NCBI GenBank assembly: GCA_002269645.1
Contig: NIVC01000632.1
Location: forward strand, 310,001-374,000
Direction of reading: 5' to 3'
DNA length: 64,000 nt
Origin: Macrostomum lignano
Lineage: Eukaryota
This document shows positions 11,900-22,901 of the stretch, one piece after another. The notes below the pieces were generated by a model. It saw nothing but the letters and a program-made list of their open reading frames with translations. It made no database searches and was not told where the DNA came from. The stretch's first letter is position 1, and each line of letters opens with the position of its first letter. The translations under genes were made by a program, and so were the position numbers.

Positions 11900-13800
11900 A
11901 TCTATTGATCGAAGGTGCCGACGGCGCCTGGATGATGACCGAATGCTTGAGAGACTAGTGAAGAATGCCTAGCAGTTGAGACTTGTTCACTGTCGAGGCT
12001 TGATCAGAGACATCCGAGAAATTCGCGACAAGGTGTCCATAGTAACCTGGTGCCACTTTTTGAACACCCAGAAGCTCCACCTGGGTGAAGGCTAGTGACT
12101 AAACGAAGTCAGAGCTGATGCAGACACATGTGGTCGACGTGCTGATGAAATTTGGAGGCTTGGCAAGGCCGCACTGAGGTGAAGTGCTTAAATTGAATAC
12201 ACTGCAGCGCTTATGGGAAAAACCCGACCTTCTGGCAGAATATCTCGACGGTCCGGAGGGCTGGCGACTTGAAAAATGTCACGGGGGGAGTCCCCCTTGG
12301 TAGTTCTACTGTCAAATAGAGATGGCTTAGAATGATTAGACCAAGTGATAAAAGACCGAGCATTTACGAGCATTTACATGTATGCATGGCTAGGGTGCTC
12401 TAACCCACAGATTCTATACACAGTGTACACTATAGATGGGCCCACCCCCTTTCTGCATGAAGCCACTTCGCCGGATGTCTATGGCCGGGCTCTGTCTGCC
12501 AGCGGCAGATTCTTCAATACCCTCAGCAACAGCCTCGCTCTTATATGCAGCGCTTCTCTAGTATTCTCTTGCTATAACAGCACCATTTATCGACCACACG
12601 GCAAACATTTTTTGCGTGCAGCGATGCACTCCAGAATATGTTGGATGCAACACCTACAAGTAAAAACGATACAGAAAAGGTGTACACGGAAATGCTTCGC
12701 GGCTTCAGGCCTCCATGCAACGCAACGCTCAACGCTCTTACCGCAAAAAAAAGACTCGTCATCAGAAACGCCTCAGTCGTCTTGCAACTCTCTGCTTTGA
12801 GGGCATCAAGTCTCGCACGTGCATTTTAATACAATCAGAACAAGGATATCATCGCTGGATTTGATTCTACAACGTCAACATGACAAACAACAAGACTGAC
12901 GCCATTGATTCAGCAGTTTTTGCTGAGCTGCGAGGTGTTGCAGCTCAAACCGGAAGCAGCTGATCGCATTTTATCCCATTTACCGCGGACACGGACAACT
13001 GGGGTTCGTGTGATCGAAGACTGTCTCAAGGCAAGCCATGATGAAACTGGAATCGAAGTTGTTGCTTTGGTAGCAGCTGGACCAAGAAACAAGTCAATGG
13101 GCATTCCTTTCGGCTGTGCTCAAGTCGCAGGCTGTGTCGGAGCACGTTTATTGGTAGCAGTAAAAGCACACACGAGCAGCTCTCAGATCAGACATATTTC
13201 GTATGCGTGGAGCCTCATGGATTGCTCGGATCTTGTCCTCAGCTGGGTGGATTCCCTAGCTCTTCATCGATCCTGGAGTACTGCTTGGAGTCTTCGTCCA
13301 GTTCTAGCTGCAGAAATGCTTGAGTAGTATAAGAGTTAGAAATCTAGCTTCAAGCATCCAAGTAAGTTGGACCCGTTGCCTGACACAGACCTAACGAAAG
13401 CTTTGCAGTTTGACCTGACCTAAGCAATATGCGAGAACACTGCGTTCGTCCTTGACCGCAGGCTTGTTGTTAATTAAATCGACTGATGCTTGGTGGTGAT
13501 TCCGAGCCACGGTAGATTTACAAGCAACTGTGAGATGTCCTTAACTTCGCAAAGCATCGCAAAGAGCTTCATCCAGAAACGCGACGAACTTGCAGCTGGC
13601 ACTGAAGCTTTGAAGACCACGAAGTCCGTTACGGTCTCGCCATCCTGCTTCCGTTGAGTAAATACAAATCGTTGAGCAATAGAGCTGTTCCTTGTTTTCG
13701 ATCACGCTAAAACCCCAGCTGCTCTCAGAGCTCAGCCTCAGTTACTCATAGCCTTCGTTGATGTTCATCCGAGTTCCAGCCCCGCCCAGGTCCTCCGGCA
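11900..13800 (-). mobile_element. Decayed Ty3/gypsy LTR-retrotransposon fragment (gag, possibly pol 3' end)
   Basis: Minus strand from 13680 reads IAQRFVFTQRKQDGETVTDFV, then after a frameshift SCKFVAFLDEAL, like gypsy gag (IAERFKF..RNQ..GESV..F / CEF..LDE.LRD). HQHVDHM near 12140 resembles the pol terminal RHVDQ. Boundaries approximate. Confidence 0.55.
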
Positions 13801-13831
13801 ATAACACACACACACACACACACTCATACAC

Positions 13832-16800
13832 GTCTGTGACGGACTGGGTCGAGTCAAGTTAGCTACAGGGTTTACATCGAGTTGTAAAAATGCATTGGTT
13901 TTTGGTTTAAAATGCTCAGATAAATAAGGCAGAGATGCTTGCGCGAAAATTTAAACTGGAGAAGTCTCCAAAAACAAAATATTGAGCACTAAATTTATCT
14001 AGGTCTCGACCTAATCTACCTGTCTTAATCCCACCTATAGCTCGAGGTCCGTTTGTTACAGGCGTTAGATCGAGTTTTTATTTTTTGTTCAGCTAATAAA
14101 ACTAGATTGTGGATTTCGTAAAGAAAGTTGAATAACGTTTTTAAAAAACCTGGATTGTGATTTAATAGAAGTAAAATAACCTTATTATTGGATTGTGGCA
14201 AACATAAAACTGAATATTATAGACTTGATCAAAAGGTTTTTAATTTTAACAGGCCTCCATTATAAATAAGAGCGTTATTAGTGTGAATAATGAACGGACA
14301 GTTATTCACTGCGAAACAGTAAGTTCGTACATAGAATTTGCTCGGAAGCTTATCAACTTTCCCTAATGGAAGCAGATACGCTCGAGGTAACCACCTCAAG
14401 TGAATCCGGTAGCCAAGGTCTCAAGAAAGCGTTAATTTGAAACTGAGTCATTTTGTCCCTCGTAGAAATTGCGCGTACCAAATAGAAAAGCCGGACGAAG
14501 CCCCTGAAGCTCTTAAGTCAAGTCAGTATTGACGTCTCACCACGGCAGTCCCAGTTCATAACAGCCCTCGATTTTCGCTACTCATTATTTCGTCATCGTT
14601 CATTCGTTGGATGGCCGTCAGAAAATCTGCTGGAACCTTCTCTAGAAATAAGGCTGCTGGAATTTCATATTTTCCGTCCGCCACAAACGGCCCTTTCTTT
14701 TCCATGTCATTCTGGTCAATTGGTTGAAATGCACATTTGTGACAATGCTTGTAAAGCTCACGACAACAAAAAAAACAATTGAATTAGCGGGAAACACCTG
14801 CTGTAGTCACAGTGATAAGAACATTGGCTGCATTGGCCGGGACGTAAACATCAGATGCAGTGGCCGAGACGGAGTCATTCACCACAGTCGCCGCGCTGAT
14901 CTCCGGACTCTGGGCTTTTTTCTTCTTCCTCTAATTTTTGTCGGCCTGAAATATGTGATTTCGTGGTATTACAAACAGTCAGCGCCAAGAAAATAGAAAT
15001 ATTATCTGCTCAACACTTCTGATGAAGGCAATCCAATTAAAACTTAGACACTCAAATAACATCGAGCTAGGCCTGCATTTAATGCTGAACAACCTCGATC
15101 GGATGCACTCAGCACATGCCTGGCTGACGGACAACATCGAGGCTGCAGATTTCAGACACGCACACACACAAACCTCGACCTATTCCGGGACTTATGCTGA
15201 ATCAACGCTAAGAGATGCACTCGACACATGCCTGGCTGCCGGACAACATCGAGGCTGCAGATTTCACACGCACTCATTTTATTCATTTGGTCTGCGTTGA
15301 TAAATTTCCTAAAAGTAAATTGCTACGTTAGGCTGAAAAACCACAAGATCAAAGCTCAAAAAGAAAAAGGTTTTACTCACTGGATGCTCCTGGTGCGTCT
15401 TACTAATCTTCTGGTCTGACATAGAGGACGACGTACGCTCGTAGAGGCTGTGGGACGTTTGAACTGAGTTTCAGTCGCGGAGCCAGGAATTTTTGCTGCA
15501 GTGGTGGGAGGCAGGAACGCCAAGGGCAGACGCCGAGACTTGAATATCCGCTGCAGTGGCTGAGACCGGAACATTAGATGCAGTGGCCGAGACGGAAACA
15601 TCAGATGCAGTGGCCGAGACGGAAACATCAGATGCAGTGGCCGAGACGGAAACATCAGATGCAGTGGCCGAGACGGAAATATCAGATGCAGTGGCCGAGT
15701 TAGGAACATATCTGCATGGGCGAGACGGAGCCATTCACCGCTGTCGCCGTGCTGATATCTGGCCTCTGCGCATATTTCTTTTCGGCACTTTTGACGGCCT
15801 GAAATATGTGATTTCGTGGTATTACAAACAGTCAGTGCCAAGTAAATCCGTATTATCCGCTCATTACTTCTGTTGATGAAAGCAATCGAATTAAAATTTA
15901 GACACTTACATCGAACTAGATTTAATGCTGAACAACGTCGATCGGATGCACTCGACACATGCCTGGCTGCCGGACAACATCGAGGCTGCAGATTTCAGAC
16001 ACACACACAAACCTCGACCTATTCCGGGACTTATGCTGAATAACCGCAAAGAAATACACTCGACACATGCCTGGCTGCCGGACAACTTCGAGGCTGCAGA
16101 TTTCACACACACTTATTTTATTTCCGTTGATATATGATTTGATAAATTTCTTAAAAGTACATTGCTACGTTAAGCTAAAAAAGCACAAGAGCAAAGCTCA
16201 AAAAAGAAGACTTTACTCACTTGATAATCCTGATTTGTCGTACTAATCGTCTGGCCTGATTTGGATGACGTAGAGGCTGTGGAACGTTTGAACTAAGTCG
16301 CAGTTGCGGAGAAGAGGAATACTGGCTGCAGTGGCCGAGACGGTAAGATACGCTGCAGTCGCCAGGGAAGAAACATTTCCTGAAATCGCCGAGCCAGAAG
16401 CATCGTCTACAGTTGCGTCTAGGAACACCCAGTGCAGTCTCCGAGACGGGAACATCAGATGCCGTCGACGAAACGGGGATATTCACAACAGTCGCCGTGC
16501 CGATACCCGGAGTCTAGGCCTTTATTTTTTTCTTCGTTGTACTTTTGTCGGCCTGAAATATGTGATTTCGTGGTAATCACAAACAGTCAGCGCCAAGTAA
16601 ATAGACATATTATCTACGAGTACTCAACACTTCTACTCATTTTAATGAAAGCAATACAATTAAAATTTAGACACTAACATCGAGCTAGTCCTGGATTTAA
16701 TGTTGAACAACGTCGATCGGATGCACTCAGCACATGCTTGGCTGCCGGACAACATCGAGGCTGCAGATTTCAGACACGCACACACAAACCTCGACCTATT

Positions 16801-19148
16801 CCGGGACTTATGCTGAATCAACGCTAAGAGATGCACTCGACACATGCCTGGCTGCCGGACAACTTCGAGGCTGAAGATTTCACGCACACTCTTTTTATTC
16901 TTTTGGTCTGCGTTGATAAATTTCCTAAAAGTACATTGCTACGTTAAGCTAAAAAAGCACAAGGGCAAAGCTCAAAAAAGAAAAGACTTTACTCACTTGA
17001 TGCTCCTGAATTGTCGTACTAATCGTCTGGCCTGACATAGAGGACGACGTACACTCGTAGAGGCTGTAGGACATTTGAACTGAGTTGCAGTCGCAGAAAA
17101 GGAATATTGGCTGCAGTGGCCGAGATGGGAACGTCATATGCAATCACCGCGCTGATCTCCGGACTCTGGGCTTTTTTCTTCTTCCTCTAATTTTTGTCGG
17201 CCTGAAATATGTGATTTCGGTATTACAAACAATCAGCGCCAAGAAAATACGAGCGTAGACATTATCTTCTCAACACATCTCCTGATGAAGGCAATCCAAT
17301 CGAAATTTAGACTCTAACTAACATCGAGCTAGTCCTGGATTTAATGCTGAATAACCTCGATTGGATGCACTCAGCACATGCCTGGCTGCCGGACAACATC
17401 GAGGCTGCAGATTTCAGACACACACACACAAACTTCGACCTATTCCGGGACTTACGAGCGTATGCTGAATCAAGGCTAAGAGATGCACTCGACACATGCC
17501 TGGCTGCCGGACAACATCGAGGCTGCAGATTTTACACACACACGCCTCGATTCTATCAAGATTTTTGCGGCAAAGTCAGCAGATTCTTAACGCTTTCTAG
17601 GACTTTACTAAGTTAAGGGTGCCCTTAATTCTTCTGTACATGAGGCACATGGATTTGTAGTTTTAACGGAAAGTTGACTCTTTCGAAAGTCAATATTGTG
17701 CATAAGTATTGTGCATAATTCTTACCTGATTTGTTTCACAATACGGTTGGTCGTATGATTCGTCGTAGACCTACTGCACCTTGGAGGCAATTTATGCAGC
17801 AATTTTTGTGCACGTTTCGTTTGCCGCTCCTCTGTTTCATAATTTCTATAATTTTCAGGTGACATCTTTATTTTTAAAATATTATAAAGAATGGCAGAAT
17901 GTCAAAAAATTTTCCAGAAATTTTATTATCAAAGGAACTTACCGCCTGAAGCCTTCCCAATGCACAGAATAGTCAGACTCATACGCAGAGCAATTGATCC
18001 TGCACTTATGACATTTCACAATGCCCAATATATTGTGCCACTTTTGGCGTGGAGTTGTATTTCTGTTTTTGTTTTGTTTTTTGGAGGGCATTCTAAGGCG
18101 ATCTGCATGTGATTCTAAAGAATTCATGTAGCAACAACCGTACAGTGCTTTACGTCGTAACTGCCTTGCCTTTGGCGTTGCTTTCAATGCGGAATTTCTA
18201 AAATCTTACACCGACTTAATGCGAGCGCTTATATCGAGGCTCAGGGGTATCAGGGTATAAAGCTGTTCATGTACACTCACACTCACACTCTGGCCTCCGC
18301 GATGCTATTGGCTGGCACAGGTGAGGCATAGCAAATGGAAGGGAGGGAAAGAGTTTCACTCTATTTTTAGCTCGAGGCAAGCCTGGTTTGTTTACTTAGC
18401 TTGGTTGAGGGCAGCAGTAATAGGACTGTATTAGCTGCAGCCTGTAAGATCAATTATAAGGTTTAGCTAAATGACCTGTATTTCGCTTATTTCGTCAAAT
18501 GCATAATTGCATGATTGATTACGCTCGGAGTCATCCAATCTTCCCTTTTGTGCTATTTATGATTTGCACCTACAGACTCCAAAGCACAGTCAGTGCCAGT
18601 TTGCTACAAATTATAGATTAGACACAAACGCTAGCAGTCATTCGACAATCGACAAGGAAAACAAAGTAAAAAACAGACTATCGAGTACTTTTGTCACTAA
18701 AATCAGTTTCATGCGGGAAACTTGGTGCATTTAATATTTTGTGTCAGAGTGGAAGCATAGAAATGACCCAGCAATTACATCATGGCATCTAAGTTACATT
18801 AGAGCTAGAAATTAGCTGCATTTCACATACTCAAATATGCTAAGCAGGATACATTCGATACTCAAAGTGAGTATGTTTTCCAGGAAATAGCTGTAGGATT
18901 AGCTCGATGGGTAAAAAACTCGACCTAATCTACGGTGCTGTGTATTCTGTCCAGGAAACTTTTGGGATGTCCTGACCCTTAAAGGGTTACTTAAAAGTAG
19001 CCAGTAAGGCATAAAAAGCTTTATTTTGAAAAATCATCTCAACAGGAGAGCGGGAAAATTAGCCTCGATCTAATACCTCGAGTGTAAAATAACCTCGAAC
19101 AAGCCGTGACTTCCAACCTGCAGAGTATCGACCTAATCCGGCACAGAT
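13832..19148. mobile_element. Candidate TIR-bounded DNA element inserted in a (CA)n tract
   Basis: Left end GTCTGTGACGGACTGGGTCGA (13832-13852) versus reverse complement of right end ATCTGTGCCGGATTAGGTCGA (19128-19148): 17/21 identity. Both flanks are AA(CA)9CTCA. An identical 15-mer CTCGACCTAATCTAC lies near both ends (14005, 18919). No transposase recognised. Confidence 0.5.
14780..17540. repeat. Four diverged tandem units of ~650-850 bp with internal short repeats
   Basis: The anchor GGCCTGAAATATGTGATTTCG recurs at ~14943, 15796, 16550 and 17199. Each unit also carries the GACACATGCCTGGCTGCCGGACAACATCGAGGCTGCAG block. Confidence 0.85.
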
Positions 19149-19189
19149 AAACACACACACACACACACACTCACACTCACAGGGCGAGC

Positions 19190-19645
19190 TGCCGCCCCAG
19201 ATCCTCAGTTACTGAGCCAGCCTCCCAGAACCGCAGTTACTGGGCCAGTCTCCCAGAACCGCAGTGGCATGCTTGGCCAGCCTCCCAGACTCTCAGTTGC
19301 TGGGCCAGCCTCCCAGATCCTCAGTTGCTGGGCCAGGCTCCCAGATCCTCAGTTGCTGGGCCAGGCTCCCAGATCCTCATTTGCATGCTTGGCCATGCAG
19401 CCTCCCAGACCCTCAGTTTCTGGGCCAGCCTCCCAGATCCTCAGTTGCTGGGCCAGCCTCCCAGACCCTCAGTTGCTGGGCCAGCCTCCCAGACCCTCAG
19501 TTGCTGGGCCAGCCTCCCAGACCCTCAGTTTCTGGGCCAGCCTCCCAGATCCTGAGTTACTGGGCCAGCCTCCCAGACCCTCAGTTTCTGGGCCAGCCTC
19601 CCAGACCCTCAGTTGCTAGGCCAGCCTCCCAGACCCTCAGTCTCT
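19190..19645. repeat. 28-bp minisatellite (GGGCCAGCCTCCCAGACCCTCAGTTGCT)
   Basis: Direct inspection. Confidence 0.9.
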
Positions 19646-20044
19646 AGGCCACCGCCGCCGTGTACGGTGCAGCTAAAATGTATAAACTGAGTCAAGCAAA
19701 CAAATCAAAGGTTTAACTTCTTGCTTCTACAAAAATCCTGGCAGCGTAACGGCTAGCGCCCAAGTTGAATTTGACTTTCACTTCAATCCATAAAACTGCA
19801 GTTTGTATTTGTAGTTGGTACTCGTATTAAAGCTACTGCACTGCGTAGATAAAAACAGAAAATACGAACAGATTCACCACACAGAAACAAATCAGGCTTA
19901 AAGGCGCAGAACTTTCAGCTGCTCTGAACGATTGACAAAAGAATAAATAAAACTACCTGTGTGATGAGGACAAAAGCGAGAGCTGAATTTGGGAGGGATT
20001 TTTTGAGAGCATACAAGCCAAATGGAATGAGTTCTGAGAATAAC

Positions 20045-21095
20045 TGGACATCTGGAGGGGATTAGAGAGACACCTGGCAGGGATTAGAGAGACATCTGGC
20101 AGGGATTAGAGACACACCTGGCAGGGATTAGAGAGACACCTGGCAGGGATTAGAGAGACACCTGGCAGGGATTAGAGAGACATCTGGCAGGGATTAGAGA
20201 CACCTGGAGGGATTAGAGAGACACCTGGCAGGGAATAGAGAGACACCTGGAGGGGATTAGAGAGACATCTGGCAGGGATTAGAGAGACATCTGGAGGGGA
20301 TTAGAGACACCTGGCAGGGATTAGAGAGACATCTAGAGGGGATTAGAGAGACACCTGGCAGGGATTAGAGACACACCTGGCAGGGATTAGAGAGACACCT
20401 GGCAGGGATAAGAGAGACACCTGGCAGGGATTAGAGAGACACCTGGCAGGGATTAGAGAGACACCTGGCAGGGATTAGAGAGACACCTGGCAGGGATTAG
20501 AGAGACACCTGGCAGGGATTAGAGACACACCTGGCAGGGATTAGAGAGACACCTGGCAGGGATTGGAGAGACATCTGGCAGGGATTAGAGACACACCTGG
20601 CAGGGATTAGAGAGACACCTGGCAGGGATTAGAGAGACACCTGGCAGGGATTAGAGACACACCTGGCAGGGATTAGAGAGACACCTGGCAGGGATTAGAG
20701 ACACACCTGGCAGGGATTAGAGAGACACCTGGCAGGGATAAGAGAGACACCTGGCAGAGATTAGAGAGACACCTGGCAGGGATTAGAGAGACACCTGGCA
20801 GGGATTAGAGAGACACCTGGCAGGGATTAGAGAGACACCTGGCAGGGATTAGAGACACACCTGGCAGGGATTAGAGAGACACCTGGCAGGGATTGGAGAG
20901 ACATCTGGCAGGGATTAGAGACACACCTGGCAGGGATTAGAGAGACACCTGGCAGGGATTAGAGAGACACCTGGCAGGGATTAGAGACACACCTGGCAGG
21001 GATTAGAGAGACACCTGGCAGGGATTAGAGAGACACCTGGCAGGGATTAGAGACACACCTGGCAGGGATTAGAGAGACACCTGGCAGGGATTAGT
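20045..21095. repeat. 22-bp minisatellite (GGCAGGGATTAGAGAGACACCT)
   Basis: Direct inspection. Confidence 0.95.
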
Positions 21096-21879
21096 TTGGA
21101 TGACGCCCGAAAACTCACAGAATCAGTGGCACAACAAAAGGCTACTCTAACTAAAGCTGCTAAAAGTGCATCGCGCTGAGCCGGCAGTCGCTAGCAACAC
21201 CCAGACGGACCCACGGGAGCGGCAGGGAGGTCAAACAGAGAAGCGCGACGCCCCGAGACATTCAACTGAGCTACTAGGCCACTAGAATTCGTTGAATGTC
21301 CCGAAGGGCTTGTCTGGATGTAACGGTCGCTGGACACTCCCAATGGGCCACGCTGCGGTGCGCGAGCCTGCCTGGTAAAAATTGCAAATACATTTTTTCT
21401 GAGGCCAACTACCAACAACTAATGTAGCTAGCCAGTGCTAGTTAAACACGAAACGTATTAGAATTAGGGTCATCAAGTACAGATTCATGGGAATATAAGT
21501 TGAACTATTTCAAGTCACAGAAAACAGAAACGGAGTGAGTGAAGAGCAAAACCGAGTTGGTTTTCGTGAGCAGTTCTTGGTAAGTGGCGGTCTTCATGCC
21601 GGAAAATCGGCTGTGCAAAAAAAATTTGAAAAAAACATGCAAAAAATCGCCCCAAACTACTAACATTTAAAACCAAGCAGTAGTAGGGTGTAACGGTAAA
21701 AAATAACAGACAAGTCAAGCAATTAAATGTATTGCAGAATTTCAAGCCGAGAAAAAAACAGTAAAAACAAAATTTACGAGTTCGCAATTCCGCCCACGCA
21801 ATATTTTTTTAAATTCATTAAGCTTCCTTTTTGAGCTGAAATCGCTTTGCTTGTATTGTAATGTGGGAAAAAACTCACT

Positions 21880-21924
21880 AACTGGCTCACTAACTCGCTA
21901 ACTAATTAACTAACTAACTGGCTG

Positions 21925-21961
<37 letters not shown>

Positions 21962-21989
21962 CTAACTAACTAACTAACTAACTAACTAT

Positions 21990-22025
<36 letters not shown>

Positions 22026-22052
22026 CTAACTAACTAACTGACTAACTGACTG

Positions 22053-22089
<37 letters not shown>

Positions 22090-22137
22090 CTAACTAACAA
22101 ACAAACTAACTAACTGGCTGACTAACTAACTAACTAT

Positions 22138-22177
<40 letters not shown>

Positions 22178-22320
22178 CTAACCAACTAACTAACTAACTA
22201 ACTAACTAACTGGCTGACTAACTAACTAACTATCTAACTAACTAACTAACTAACTAACTTACTAACTAACTAACTAACTAACTAACTGACTAACTGACTG
22301 ACTGACTGACTAACTAACTG

Positions 22321-22351
<31 letters not shown>

Positions 22352-22553
22352 GGCTGACTAACTTACTAACTAACTAACTAACTAACTATCTAACTAACTA
22401 ACTAACTAACTGGCTGACTAACTAACTAACTATCTAACTAACTAACTAACTAACTAACTGGCTGACTAACTAACTAACTAACTTACTAACTAACTAACTA
22501 ACTATCTAACTAACTAACTAACTAACTAACTGGCTGACTAACTAACTAACTAT

Positions 22554-22607
<54 letters not shown>

Positions 22608-22715
22608 GACTAACTAACTAACTAACTAACTGACTAACTAACTGACTAACTAACTAACCAACTAACTAACTGACTAACTGACAGACTGACTGACTCACTG
22701 ACTCACTGACTAATT
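21880..22715. repeat. (CTAA)n microsatellite with CTGA/CTAT variants, 3' of the SLC6 stop
   Basis: Direct inspection. Confidence 0.95.
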
Positions 22716-22901
22716 AAGTACTTGTAACACAGCAAAAAGAATTTGTCGTGAAGGCGGAACCCCTCTTGCCAGTTTGATCAATCAAACTTATCTAAAACTA
22801 TAAAATCGAGTCCCCAGCTATAATGGTTGCAGAAATTATTGTCAAGAGCCAGGATCCCGCGATGCGGTCAGCCACCTCGATCGATCGGCAGGTGCCGGCA
22901 G

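Noticed and set aside
12345-13327. Plus-strand ORFs of 140-151 aa
   Set aside because: They are antisense to a decayed retroelement and carry no motifs.
14780-17540. CRISPR-like repeat-spacer array (also considered for 46170-47817)
   Set aside because: The intervening sequences are homologous to each other rather than unique, lengths are far off, there are no cas genes, and the context is eukaryotic.
21170-21400. GC-rich patch with GTCGCTAGCAAC as the first exon of another gene
   Set aside because: No ORF with a start and no downstream exons found.
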